Shown: positions 18,093 through 27,999, numbered from the stretch's first letter. The stretch is 64,000 bases of DNA from an uncultured Pseudomonadota bacterium (GCA_963749075.1 CAVVLJ010000017.1:512001-576000); one strand, 5' to 3'. The notes: generated by a model not told the origin, from the sequence alone. Program-made: numbers and translations.

Positions 18093-19202
18093 ATGGAAGG
18101 AGCGAACCCCATCACGGATGTGAAAGGCTCGGGGAATCCGCGTGGCTTGGCGCCGGCTGAGCCCAAGGAGCGGATCGTGGCTCCGGCGGCCCCGGCTGCG
18201 ACGCATGACCGCGTCGTGACGCCGCGCAAAATCATGGTCCTCGCCATAATCGCTCTCGCGGCGATCGCGTATGGCGTCCTCGAGGGGAGCGATACGTGGA
18301 AGGGATGGCTGGGCCTCGCGAAGCCGGCGACCGCGCTTGTCGTCTCCGGCAACATCGAGGCTCACGAGAGCGTGCTCGGATTCAAGACGGTGCAGTCGCG
18401 CATCGTCGAGCTCCCATTCGACGAAGGCCAATGGGTCAAGGCGGGTACGCTCGTCGCCAAGGTCGACGACGGCGACTACCGGCAGCAAGCGGCCATCGCC
18501 GAGGCGGCTCTCGCCGTTCAGCAGAGCCAACTTGCGGCGGCGGAGCAGAACCTCATCGCCGCGCAGAAGACCGTGGTCAGCGACCAGGCCAACGTCGAGA
18601 TGAAGAAGCTCGACAACGAGCGCTACCAGACGCTGTGGCGCCAGGGCTACACGCCGACCCAGACGCGGGACCAGGCGGCCACCGCCTATAGGCAATCGCG
18701 AGCCGCATCGCAACGCGACGAGGCGTTGGCGCTCGTGGCCGAGCGCAATATCGGGCTCGCGAAGGCGAACGTCCACGACGCGGAGGAGTCCCTCGGCCTC
18801 GCCAGGATCGTGCTCGGCTACACGACGCTCGTGGCACCCTTCGACGGCGTCATCCTCGTCCGCCAGGCCGAGCTCGGCGAGATCGCCATGCCCGGGACGG
18901 CGATCGCGACGCTGGCCAACCTCGACCATGTCTGGTTGCGGGCCTATATCAACGAGACCGACATCAGCCGCGTGCGCTTCGGCGCGGCGGCCGCGATCAC
19001 CACCGATACCTATCCGGGCAAGGTCTATCACGGGCGGATCTCGTTCATCTCGCCGAGCGCCGAATTCACGCCGAAGACGGTCGAGACCCACGCCGAGCGC
19101 GTGACGCTCGTCTATCGCATCAAGATCGACATCGACAACCCGACGCACGAGCTCGTCCCCGGCATGCCGGCGGATGCGGCGATCGAGCTGCCGCGGCCAT
19201 GA
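18093..19202 (+). CDS. HlyD-family membrane fusion protein (YbhG-like); true start may be downstream
   Basis: SGNIEA, lipoyl half-motifs, coiled coil, ISPSAEFTPKTVET..ERVTLVYRIK, GMPAD. Confidence 0.88.
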   Translation: MEGANPITDVKGSGNPRGLAPAEPKERIVAPAAPAATHDRVVTPRKIMVLAIIALAAIAYGVLEGSDTWKGWLGLAKPATALVVSGNIEAHESVLGFKTVQSRIVELPFDEGQWVKAGTLVAKVDDGDYRQQAAIAEAALAVQQSQLAAAEQNLIAAQKTVVSDQANVEMKKLDNERYQTLWRQGYTPTQTRDQAATAYRQSRAASQRDEALALVAERNIGLAKANVHDAEESLGLARIVLGYTTLVAPFDGVILVRQAELGEIAMPGTAIATLANLDHVWLRAYINETDISRVRFGAAAAITTDTYPGKVYHGRISFISPSAEFTPKTVETHAERVTLVYRIKIDIDNPTHELVPGMPADAAIELPRP

Positions 19203-20143
19203 CGGAAGAGGGCGCCGCCAGCATCGCCGTCGAAGCCCTCGCCAAGCGCTTCGCCGGCGTCTTTGCCGTCGAGGACATGAGCTTCACGGTGGAGAACGGC
19301 GAGATCTTCGGCCTGGTCGGCCCCGACGGCGCAGGCAAGACGACCGTCATGCGCATGCTCGCCGGCGTGATGCGGCCGGACAGCGGCGCGATCGTCATCG
19401 ACGGCATCGACGTCGTCGCCGACCCGGAGCGGGTCAAGCGACATCTGAGCTACATGCCCCAGCGCTTCGCGCTCTACGAGGACCTCACCGTCGAGGAGAA
19501 CATCCGCTTCTACGCCGATCTCTTCGAGATCCCGCAGAGGCTGAGGCGGGAGCGCGTGGCACCCCTCCTCGCCGCCTCCAACATGGGACCCTTCCAAAAG
19601 CGCCTTGCCGGGCAGCTTTCGGGCGGCATGAAGCAGAAGCTCGGGCTCATCTGCGCGCTCGTCCACACCCCTAAAGTCCTCCTCCTCGACGAGCCCACCA
19701 CCGGCGTCGATCCGCTGTCGCGCCGCGACTTCTGGCGCATCCTCTACTCCCTGCGCGAGAGCGGCGTCACCATCCTCATCTCGACGGCCTATCTGGACGA
19801 GGCCGAGCGCTGCACCCGCCTCGCCCTCCTCCATCACGGGCGGCTGAGATATTGCGACACACCGCGGCGATTGAAGGCGCGCATGCCGGGAGCACTCGTG
19901 GCCATATCCTCGCCCCGGCCGCGCGCGGTCCGCGAGGCGGTCGCCGGTCTCGAGGGCGTCTCCGGCGTGCTCCTGGTCGGCGACGGCGCGCATGCCATGG
20001 TGGACGACGCGGCCCTGCGCATTCCCGAGCTGCGCCGCGCCTTGGATGGGGCGGCCATTCCCTTCGCGGATATCGCACGCGCCGAGCCGAGCATCGAGGA
20101 TTTATTCGTCACTCTCCTCAAGGACGATGGGGAGCACCGATGA
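19199..20143 (+). CDS. ABC ATPase (YbhF N-half-like)
   Basis: GPDGAGKTT, LSGGMKQKL, LLLDEPTTGVDPLSRRDFW. Confidence 0.92.
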   Translation: MTEEGAASIAVEALAKRFAGVFAVEDMSFTVENGEIFGLVGPDGAGKTTVMRMLAGVMRPDSGAIVIDGIDVVADPERVKRHLSYMPQRFALYEDLTVEENIRFYADLFEIPQRLRRERVAPLLAASNMGPFQKRLAGQLSGGMKQKLGLICALVHTPKVLLLDEPTTGVDPLSRRDFWRILYSLRESGVTILISTAYLDEAERCTRLALLHHGRLRYCDTPRRLKARMPGALVAISSPRPRAVREAVAGLEGVSGVLLVGDGAHAMVDDAALRIPELRRALDGAAIPFADIARAEPSIEDLFVTLLKDDGEHR

Positions 20144-21108
20144 GCGAGGACGCTGCCGACGCCGGCGCGCCGATCATCGCGGAGCGCCTCGTCAAGCGCT
20201 TCGGCAGCTTCACGGCGGTCGACAACGTGAGCTTCCGCATCTCCCGCGGCGAGGTTGTCGGCTTCCTCGGGCCGAACGGCGCCGGGAAATCGACCACGAT
20301 CCGCATCCTGTGCGGCCTGCTGCGCCCCACCCAAGGCCGCGCGGTCGTAGCCGGGATCGACGTCGCGCGCGATCCGGAGCGGGTGCGGGAGAACATCGGC
20401 TACATGTCGCAGAAGTTCTCGCTCTACGGCGACCTGACCGTCGTCGAGAACCTGCGCTTCTTCGGCGGCATCTATCGCGTGCCGCACCCCCTTCTGGCCG
20501 AGCGGATGCGCTTCGCCGTGGAGATGGCCGGACTCGCAGGACGGGAAGACTCGCTGGTGAACACCCTCGCCGGCGGCTGGAAGCAGCGCCTGGCCCTCGG
20601 TTGCGCGATCCTCCACCGGCCGCCCATCCTCTTTCTCGACGAGCCCACGTCGGGCGTCGATCCGGAATCGCGGCGGCGCTTTTGGGATCTGATCCACACG
20701 CTCGCGGCGGACGGCGTCACCGTGCTGGTCTCGACGCATTACATGGACGAGGCGGAGTACTGCAACCGCGTCGCCCTGATCGACCGCGGCCGGCTGATCG
20801 CCCTCGCAAGCCCGACCGCCCTCAAGGAACGCGCCCTCGGCGGCGAGCTCCTGCTGGTCGAATGCCCGGCGATCGGCGCGGTGATGGCGGCTCTCGAGGA
20901 AGCGCCGGGAGTGCGCGACGCCGCCGTCTTCGGCAACTCCGTCCACCTCCTGGTGGACGATGGAGCCGGGGCGCTTGCCGCGCTGGCCGCCTTCTTCGAG
21001 AGGCGGCGGCTGAAGATCGACCGCATCGAGCGCATCAAGCCGACGCTCGAAGACATCTTCGTCCAGATGATCGGCGCTGAGGCGCAAGGCGGCGGGGCGA
21101 GGGCATGA
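20140..21108 (+). CDS. ABC ATPase (YbhF C-half-like)
   Basis: GPNGAGKST, LAGGWKQRLALG, FLDEPTSGVDP, STHYMDEAE; ATGA overlap with the upstream gene. Confidence 0.92.
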   Translation: MSEDAADAGAPIIAERLVKRFGSFTAVDNVSFRISRGEVVGFLGPNGAGKSTTIRILCGLLRPTQGRAVVAGIDVARDPERVRENIGYMSQKFSLYGDLTVVENLRFFGGIYRVPHPLLAERMRFAVEMAGLAGREDSLVNTLAGGWKQRLALGCAILHRPPILFLDEPTSGVDPESRRRFWDLIHTLAADGVTVLVSTHYMDEAEYCNRVALIDRGRLIALASPTALKERALGGELLLVECPAIGAVMAALEEAPGVRDAAVFGNSVHLLVDDGAGALAALAAFFERRRLKIDRIERIKPTLEDIFVQMIGAEAQGGGARA

Positions 21109-22241
21109 GAATAAAGCGTCTCAAGGCCATCGCCGTCAAAGAGCTGCTGCAGGTCTGGCGCGACCCGCGGAGCCTGTTGATAGCGCTTCTGATGCCTTTC
21201 ATGCAGATGCTCCTCCTCGGCTACGGCGTCAGCCTCGATCTCAAGCACCTTCCGGCCTGCGTGTTCGACCGCGAGGCCAGCCAGAACAGCCGGTCGCTCA
21301 TCAAGCATTTCCAGGCGTCGCTTTACTTCTCCATCGTGGACGGCTTCGACAATTACCGCGACTTGACCAAGGCGCTCGATCGCGGCGAATGCCGCCTCGC
21401 GATCGTCGTCCCTCCCGACTTCTCCGAGCGCTTGAGCGATACGGGCGCCAGCTCCGTCCAGGCCATCGTAGACGCGACCGACGACAACAGCGCCAACATC
21501 GCGATCGGCTACGCTCAGACCGTGGTCGGCGACTTCTCCAGCGAGCTCGAGATCGAGCACGCCCGCATGCATGGCGAGCGCGCGGCGACGCTCGAGCCCG
21601 TCGCGTCCGAGTCGCGCGTGTGGTTCAACGAGTCTCTCGAAAGCCGCAACTTCATCATTCCCGGCGTGGTGGCGCTCATCATGGCGCTGGTCGGCGCCCA
21701 GCTCACGTCGCTGACCATCTCGCGCGAATGGGAGCGCGGCACGATGGAGCTCCTCATTTCGACACCGGTCACGCCGATGGAGCTGATGCTCGGCAAGCTC
21801 ATGCCCTATTTCGCCATCGGCCTGCTCGACGCCGTGTTCTGCCTGGCCTTTGCGGTCTTCTGGTTCCAGGTGCCCTTCCGCGGCGCGCTGGTGACGCTCT
21901 TCCTCACGACGTCCCTCTTCCTCGTCGTCGTGCTGGGCATCGGCTATCTGATCTCGACGGCGATCCGCAGCCAGGTCGGGGCAAGCCAGATCGGCATCCT
22001 CGTCACGATGCTGCCGACATTGCTGCTCTCGGGCTTCACCTTTCCCATCGACCAGATGCCGCCCCTGGTGCGCGCCGTCACCTACCTCGTCTCCGCGCGC
22101 TACTACATCACGATCCTGAAGGCGGTCTTCCTCAAGGGCTCGGGGCTCCTCGATCTCGCGTGGCCGACGCTCGCCATGACCGTCTATGCCGCGGTCATCG
22201 CCGTGCTGGCCGCGCGCGCCTTCCGCAAGCGATTGGACTGA
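21105..22241 (+). CDS. ABC-2 permease (YbhS-like)
   Basis: KELLQVWRDPRS, WFNESLESRNFIIPG, REWERGTMELL. Confidence 0.9.
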   Translation: MRIKRLKAIAVKELLQVWRDPRSLLIALLMPFMQMLLLGYGVSLDLKHLPACVFDREASQNSRSLIKHFQASLYFSIVDGFDNYRDLTKALDRGECRLAIVVPPDFSERLSDTGASSVQAIVDATDDNSANIAIGYAQTVVGDFSSELEIEHARMHGERAATLEPVASESRVWFNESLESRNFIIPGVVALIMALVGAQLTSLTISREWERGTMELLISTPVTPMELMLGKLMPYFAIGLLDAVFCLAFAVFWFQVPFRGALVTLFLTTSLFLVVVLGIGYLISTAIRSQVGASQIGILVTMLPTLLLSGFTFPIDQMPPLVRAVTYLVSARYYITILKAVFLKGSGLLDLAWPTLAMTVYAAVIAVLAARAFRKRLD

Positions 22242-22246
22242 CGGCC

Positions 22247-23380
22247 GTGTTCGAACGGATTTTCCGCATCCTCGTCAAGGAGTTCCTCGAGCTCAAGCGC
22301 GACAAATGGGCGCGCTTCCGGCTGATCGTGCCGCCGATCGTTCAGATGCTGGTCTTCGGCTATGCGGCCACCTTCGAGGTCTACCATGTGGCGACGATCG
22401 TGCTCGACCGCGACCACACGCTGGAAAGCCGCGATCTCATCTCGCGCTTCACCTTCAGCGACCGCTTCAGCGTCGTCGGGATCGCCGACAGCGACGCCGA
22501 GGTCAAGCGCGCCATCGATCGCAGCGACGCGGCCGTGGCGATCGTCGTGCATGCCGGCTTCGCCGAGGCGCTGCGCAAGGGCCAGTCCGCGCCGCTGCAG
22601 GTCATCGTCGACGGCACCAATTCCAACACGGCGCTCATCGCGCTCGGCTATCTCGGCCTCATCGTGTCGCAATATTCCGAGGACTACGCGGCCGATCTCC
22701 TGAGGCGCACGCCCGCGGGCAGCGATACCAGACCCGTCGCGGTCGCGGTCGAGCAGCGCCCCTGGTACAACGACGGCCTCAACGGGCGATGGTTCTTCGT
22801 CCCCGGCGTGGTCGGCACGCTGACCCTGATTCTGATCGTGAGCCTGACGGCCTCGGCGATCGTGCGCGAGCGCGAGGTCGGCACGCTCGAGCAGATCATG
22901 GTGACGCCGATCAGGCCGGCCGAGTTCATCCTCGGAAAGACGCTTCCCTTCTTCCTCATCGGCCTCGCCGAGGTGGCGCTCGTGGCCATCTTCGGGATGC
23001 TCTGGTTCGGCGTGCCGTTCGTCGGCAGCCCCTTGATCCTTCTCCTCGGAACCTGCCTCTTTCTCCTCAGCACGCTCGGCCTCGGGTTGCTCATCTCGAC
23101 GCTCTGCAAGACCGAGCAGCAGGCCTTCGCGTCGACCTTCTTCGTCATCAATCCGATGTTCATTCTTTCCGGCTTCGCCTTCCCGATCGCCAGCATGCCG
23201 GAGGCGCTGCAGTGGCTCACCTATCTCGACCCGCTGCGCTACTATCTCGTCGTCATCCGCGCGACCTTCCTCAAGGGGGTCGGGCTCGACGCGCTGTGGC
23301 CGGAGATGGCAGGCATGGCGGCGTTGGGAATTGGCTTGCTCGGCATCAGCATCCTGCGCTTCCGCAAGTCGCTCGACTAG
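22247..23380 (+). CDS. ABC-2 permease (YbhR-like)
   Basis: KEFLELKRD, VDGTNSNTA, REREVGTLEQIMVTP. Confidence 0.9.
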   Translation: MFERIFRILVKEFLELKRDKWARFRLIVPPIVQMLVFGYAATFEVYHVATIVLDRDHTLESRDLISRFTFSDRFSVVGIADSDAEVKRAIDRSDAAVAIVVHAGFAEALRKGQSAPLQVIVDGTNSNTALIALGYLGLIVSQYSEDYAADLLRRTPAGSDTRPVAVAVEQRPWYNDGLNGRWFFVPGVVGTLTLILIVSLTASAIVREREVGTLEQIMVTPIRPAEFILGKTLPFFLIGLAEVALVAIFGMLWFGVPFVGSPLILLLGTCLFLLSTLGLGLLISTLCKTEQQAFASTFFVINPMFILSGFAFPIASMPEALQWLTYLDPLRYYLVVIRATFLKGVGLDALWPEMAGMAALGIGLLGISILRFRKSLD

Positions 23381-23431
23381 CGCCGGGCTGGAAGACCCAC
23401 GGACGCGAGGACAGCATGAAGCGGTAGCCGA

Positions 23432-24268
23432 TCAATGGGACATGAACAGCGGCGCGGTCATTTGCCGCAGCAGGCTGCGCGTGGCGCCGCCGAGTACCGT
23501 CTCCCTGAGGCGCGTCCGCCCGTATGCCCCCATCACGATCAGGTCGGCGCTCAAATCCGCGGCGCGCGACAGGATGACGTCGCCGACATCCATATCGTCG
23601 GCATAGGCATGGGAGGCCTCCGTCGCCACGCCGTGGCGGGCGAGGTGCAGCGAGATGTCGGCGCCGGGAATCTGGCCGTGGCCTCCGTTGCCTCGTTCCG
23701 GATTGACCGCGAGGATGGTGACGCTCTTGGCGCGTCTCAGCAACGGCAGCGCGTCGTTGACCGCCCGCGTCGCCTGGGCGCTCGCGTTCCACGCCACCAG
23801 AGCACGCTGTCCCGTGGTGGAGAACATGCCGGCGTAGGGCACCAGGAGGACCGGCCTTCCCGATTCGAGAAGGACGCGCTCCGGCACGCCGGATTCGGAG
23901 AAGGGCAGCGTCTCGTTCGGATTGCTCTGGCCGAGCACGGTCAAATCGGCATAGCGGGCATGAAGCCGCACGAGCTTGGGCGCGTCGCCTTCGCTCTCGC
24001 GCCATTCGGCCTCGACCGCGGCTTTGCGCGCACGATCCTCGAACCTGGCCTTGGCCGTCCGGCGCGAGGCGGCGAGGTGCTTGCGCTGTTCCGTGATGAT
24101 GTCGGCGGCGAAGCGCTCTTCGAGGTACGGCGGGACGTAGATTTCGGCCGTCGTATAGAGGCCGGTCAGGTGAGCAGCGAAATCCCGGGCGAGCCGGACC
24201 GCGACATCGAGTGCCTGATCCTGATGTCTCGAGGTGCCGACATGAACGAGAAGGTCCTTGAACGACAT
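23432..24268 (-). CDS. Universal stress protein (tandem USP)
   Basis: MSFKDLLVHV, SGRPVLLVP, WNASAQATRA, DLIVMGAYGRTRLRETVLGGAT. Confidence 0.92.
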   Translation of the reverse strand: MSFKDLLVHVGTSRHQDQALDVAVRLARDFAAHLTGLYTTAEIYVPPYLEERFAADIITEQRKHLAASRRTAKARFEDRARKAAVEAEWRESEGDAPKLVRLHARYADLTVLGQSNPNETLPFSESGVPERVLLESGRPVLLVPYAGMFSTTGQRALVAWNASAQATRAVNDALPLLRRAKSVTILAVNPERGNGGHGQIPGADISLHLARHGVATEASHAYADDMDVGDVILSRAADLSADLIVMGAYGRTRLRETVLGGATRSLLRQMTAPLFMSH

Positions 24269-24336
24269 GGCGCGCCTCCCGGTCTGCGCTACTGCTCTCG
24301 ATCGTGCCAGCCGTAGTCGAAATCCGCGGCGCTGCA

Positions 24337-24350
24337 TTGATCAGGGTCAA
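24337..24350. promoter_or_regulatory. FNR/FixK box upstream of USP
   Basis: TTGAT-CAGG-GTCAA. Confidence 0.85.
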
Positions 24351-24419
24351 GCCGGCGGGCGGCCCGTCCCCGGAAGCGCGCGCCGGCCGCCGGCCTTCGC
24401 TGCGGAAATCGCGGTGGGC

Positions 24420-24869
24420 TCAGAGCAATTGGGCGCCCAGGAGCCTGGATTGGATCTCGGCGAGCGGTAATTTCGTGAGATCCTTGTCCAGCTCTCCCTT
24501 GAGGCGCTTGCGCGTCTCCTCGCCGATCGAGCCGCGCAGATCGCCGAGGAAATGCGGCGCCGCCACGAGGACGAGATGATCGAAGGCCTTTCCAACGCAC
24601 TTCTGCTCGAGGATTTCCGCCAGGCGGTGCGCGAAGGCGCGCTTGCCCTCCTGCCGCCAGTCGACGCGCGGCGCAACGGCATGGTGCGCCGCATTGGCGC
24701 TCTCGCGGACGCGCCCGGGACGCTCCGTGCCGAGCTCGCTCACCCGCTTCACGTCGTTGGCAAAGCTGCCGTCCGGTATCTGCTGCAGGGCCCCGCCGCC
24801 GCCGCTCAGCGCCAGGATGCGCGCGTGGGCGCCGTCGGCGACAAGGACCCAGGTCACTTTGGCTTTCAT
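24420..24869 (-). CDS. Host attachment protein (AtsE / baeRF-like)
   Basis: TWVLVADGAHARIL, ERPGR, FA..LAE.L, LVLVAAPHFLGDLR, ELDKDLTK. Confidence 0.85.
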   Translation of the reverse strand: MKAKVTWVLVADGAHARILALSGGGGALQQIPDGSFANDVKRVSELGTERPGRVRESANAAHHAVAPRVDWRQEGKRAFAHRLAEILEQKCVGKAFDHLVLVAAPHFLGDLRGSIGEETRKRLKGELDKDLTKLPLAEIQSRLLGAQLL

Positions 24870-24930
24870 GAAATTCACCCTTCCGCTGGCTTTCCGCCGA
24901 CAAAAGCAACATGATTGGACCGACTGGGCA

Positions 24931-24944
24931 TTGACGCAAGTCAA
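24931..24944. promoter_or_regulatory. FNR/FixK box
   Basis: TTGAC-GCAA-GTCAA. Confidence 0.8.
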
Positions 24945-24961
24945 CGCCGCCGGGCGCCCGG

Positions 24962-25811
24962 CGGCGGGCTCGAAAACCACCGCCGCCTGCTCAGCCCCGG
25001 CGAGCGGGAGACCGTCGCCTTTCACGACATGGGGCACACGCTCGTGGCACTCCCGCTTCCAAGCACCGACGCCGTCCGCCAGGTCAAGATCCGCATCCGC
25101 GGTCTCAAGAAGTCGTTCGACGGCCAGGCCGTTCTCGCCGGCGTGGACCTCGATTTGCCGGCGGGCGAGAACCTCGTCCTCCTCGGCGCCTCGGGCAGCG
25201 GCAAGTCCGTGCTCGTCAAATGCGTCCTCGGGCTCATGGCCCCGGACGCGGGCTCCATCACGATCGACGGGGAGGAGACCGTGACGCTCGGCAGCCGGGA
25301 GCGCGGCAGGCTGATGCGCAAAATGGGCGTCATGTTCCAGAATTCGGCGCTCTTCGACTCATTGCCCGTCTGGCAGAACATCTCGTTCGGCCTGATGAAC
25401 GTCCAGCGCATGCCGCCCGCGCGCGCCAAGGCGGTCGCGATCGAGAAGCTCGCCGCCGTCGGCCTCACTCCCGACGTGGCGGATTTGCTGCCGAGCGAGC
25501 TCTCGGGCGGCATGCAGCGACGGGTCGCCCTGGCGCGCGCCATTGTCGGCAATCCGAGCGTGCTCTTCCTCGACGACCCGACGGCCGGGCTGGACCCGAT
25601 CATCACGACGATCATCGACGAATTCATCTTGCGCACGCTGAAGCCGGCCAACGCCACGGCCCTGACGATCACCTACGATGTCCGGACGGCGCGCCGCATC
25701 GCGGATCGGGTCGCCATGCTCGCCGACGGGCGCATCATCTGGGAGGGCCCGACCGCAGCACTCGACCGCTCGGGGAACCCGCTCGTCGAGCGCTTCGTCC
25801 ATCGGCCGTAA
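24962..25811 (+). pseudogene. FtsH protease fragment fused in frame to a degenerate MlaF/Mkl-type ABC ATPase
   Basis: GLENHRRLLSPGERETVAFHDMGHTLVALPLPSTDAVRQVKI (FtsH M41 region) then GLKKSFDG..GASGSGKS..LSGGMQRRVALARA..FLDDPT..TITYD. Confidence 0.7.
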
Positions 25812-25904
25812 CGAGCCGCCGGGAAACGCCGGGAAACGCCGGAGAGGCGGAGGGCGAGCGTGCCGGCCGCAGCCGAGCCCGGCCGTGCCCGCGACCGGGC
25901 GCGT

Positions 25905-26651
25905 CTAGCGCGCGGTCACCGTCACGGCAAAGACGTAGCCGGCGCCGCGCACCGTCTTGATGAATTCCGGGCTGTGCGGATCGCTCTCGATCTTCTTGCG
26001 CAAGCGCACGACCTGGGCGTCGATGGCGCGGTCGAAGGCGGCCCATTCCCGCCCCTTCACGCGGTCCATCAACTGGTCCCGGCTCAAGACCTTGTTGGCA
26101 TTGAGCGCCAAGGCGCGCAGCAGCTCGAACTCGCCCGTCGTGAGGGCGACGAGGCCGCCCGATGGTTGGCGCAGCTCCCGCTTGAGGAGGTCGAGCTGCC
26201 AGCCGCCGAAGGTGAGGACCTCGCCTGGGGCGGGCGCAACCGCCGCGGCGGCGGCGGGCTTGGCCTCGGAAGCCCGCGCCGGCTCGGTCCGCCGCAGCAC
26301 GGTGCGGATGCGCGCGAGGATCTCCCGCAGGTGGAAGGGCTTCGCAATATAGTCGTCCGCCCCCGCCTCGAGGCCGGCCACGCGGTCGATCACGTCGCCC
26401 TTCCCCGTCAGCATGATGATCGGGACGCTCGAGTCCTTGCGGATATGGCGGGCGAGCGACAGGCCGTCCTCGCCGGGCATGAGGACGTCGAGGAGGACGA
26501 GGTCCGGGGCGTCGCTCGCGAGGACCGTCCGCAGCGCAGCACCGTCCGGCGCCTCGCTGACGCGGAAGCCTTCCTCGACGAGGTAGCGCCGCAGCATGGC
26601 GCGAATCCGGCTATCGTCGTCAACCACGAGGATATGGATCTGGGCGGTCAT
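25905..26651 (-). CDS. OmpR-family response regulator, FxkR-like
   Basis: ILVVDDD, LLDVLMPGEDG, DDYIAKPF, winged helix DRAIDAQVVRLRKKIE..IKTVRGAGY; divergent from fixK. Confidence 0.9.
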   Translation of the reverse strand: MTAQIHILVVDDDSRIRAMLRRYLVEEGFRVSEAPDGAALRTVLASDAPDLVLLDVLMPGEDGLSLARHIRKDSSVPIIMLTGKGDVIDRVAGLEAGADDYIAKPFHLREILARIRTVLRRTEPARASEAKPAAAAAVAPAPGEVLTFGGWQLDLLKRELRQPSGGLVALTTGEFELLRALALNANKVLSRDQLMDRVKGREWAAFDRAIDAQVVRLRKKIESDPHSPEFIKTVRGAGYVFAVTVTAR

Positions 26652-26703
26652 TCCAGGGTCACGAGCTCACTCTCGGCGGCCCGAATCGGCAAGCCGGATG
26701 TTC

Positions 26704-26739
26704 GTCACGGATTGTAACAATCCGTCTCCCATTGTTACC
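26704..26739. promoter_or_regulatory. K-box-like OmpR-family operator
   Basis: GTCACG/GTAACA/GTCTCC/GTTACC at 10-bp period; minus strand reads GTTACA-ATCC-GTGACG; palindrome ACGGATTGT-A-ACAATCCGT. Confidence 0.6.
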
Positions 26740-26835
26740 AAACTTCGCCGTGCCCGGCATCATTTTGTGACAATGATCCTTTACTCCTCGCAACGGGTGC
26801 CGGCCTTCCTCGCCCGCCGAACGGAGGAGATAGAC

Positions 26836-27552
26836 ATGCGCGCCGAAGCGGTTTCGAGCGGCCCGCAAGGCGTCGACTTCAACGCGCTCGCCATCTGCCA
26901 CGGGCTGGGACGCCAGGCGGCAAGCCACGTCGCCTCGATCGGTAGGCGCGTCAGCTACGGCGTGGCGAAGACGATCTTTGCCGAGGGCGACGAGGCCAAC
27001 AGCGTCTATGAGGTGGTCCGCGGCATCCTCAAGCTCTACAAGCTGCTGCCCGATGGCCGCCGGCAAATCACCGGATTCCTCTCCGCGGGCCATCTCATCG
27101 GCCTGGCCAACGGGGACCTCTATCTCTACACCGCCGAGGCGGTGACCGAGGTCACCCTCTGCCGCTATCGCCGGGTGCTGCTCGACCGCCTGGTCGACGA
27201 GGTCCCCGGCTTCGCCCGCGCCCTTCTCGCGGCAACCTCCGACGAGCTCCGCGCCGCGCAGGATCAGATGCTGCTGCTCGGGCGCAAGGACGCCATGGAG
27301 AAGATCGCGAGCTTCCTCCTGATGATGGCCGATCGCCAGCACGCTCTGGGGCCGTCGCGGGAGATCGAGATCCCGATGGGGCGCAGCGACATCGCCGACT
27401 ACCTCGGCCTCACGATCGAGACCATCAGCCGAATGCTGACGAAGCTCAAGAGTCAGGGAGTGATCGCACTGCCGACCCCGGCTCGGATCGGCCTGCGGAA
27501 TCGCGAGCGTCTCGAGGATCTGGCGGCCGGCGAGGGCGAGGAGGGCGAATGA
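26836..27552 (+). CDS. fixK: Crp/Fnr regulator, FixK type
   Basis: GGAGGAG RBS; LYKLLPDGRRQITGF, LLGRK.A.EKIASFL, MGRSDIADYLGLTIETISR; no N-terminal Cys cluster. Confidence 0.88.
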   Translation: MRAEAVSSGPQGVDFNALAICHGLGRQAASHVASIGRRVSYGVAKTIFAEGDEANSVYEVVRGILKLYKLLPDGRRQITGFLSAGHLIGLANGDLYLYTAEAVTEVTLCRYRRVLLDRLVDEVPGFARALLAATSDELRAAQDQMLLLGRKDAMEKIASFLLMMADRQHALGPSREIEIPMGRSDIADYLGLTIETISRMLTKLKSQGVIALPTPARIGLRNRERLEDLAAGEGEEGE

Positions 27553-27592
27553 GGCGAAGCGATGAGGCGTCTCTCGATCGCCCCGGAGCGCG

Positions 27593-27999
27593 ATGACGAA
27601 ACCCCGCGCGAAGCCCGGCGGCCGCGAGCCCTACAGCGGGAGAACGGCGCTCCTGGTCGAGGCGGAAGCCGGCACCCATGAGCTCTGCCGTTCGGCGCTT
27701 TCCCGCCTGGGATTCGCCGTCGATGCGGTCGAGACCGGAGTGGCCGCGATGTCCGCTGCCCGCGGGCGGCCGCCGGACATCATCCTCTTCGATTGGCAGT
27801 TGCGCGACGTCTCGGGCCGCGAGCTCGTCGGCTGGTTCCGCTCCAATCCGGCGTTCGGCCTCACGCCGATGATCGCCATCGGCACTCTCGGGCTCGACGG
27901 CGCGCAATTCCGCTATTATGACGGCAGGGTCGAGCGCTGCTGAAGAGGCCGGTGTCGCAGGCGGCGATCGAGCGCGCCGTCCGCGCGGTCCTCAAATAG
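27593..27999 (+). pseudogene. Single-domain CheY-like receiver with a frameshift near 27933
   Basis: ALLVEAE..PPDIILFDWQLRDVSGRE..TPMIAI; in-frame stop at 27943, while another frame gives ALLKRPVSQAAIERAVRAVLK*. Confidence 0.7.
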
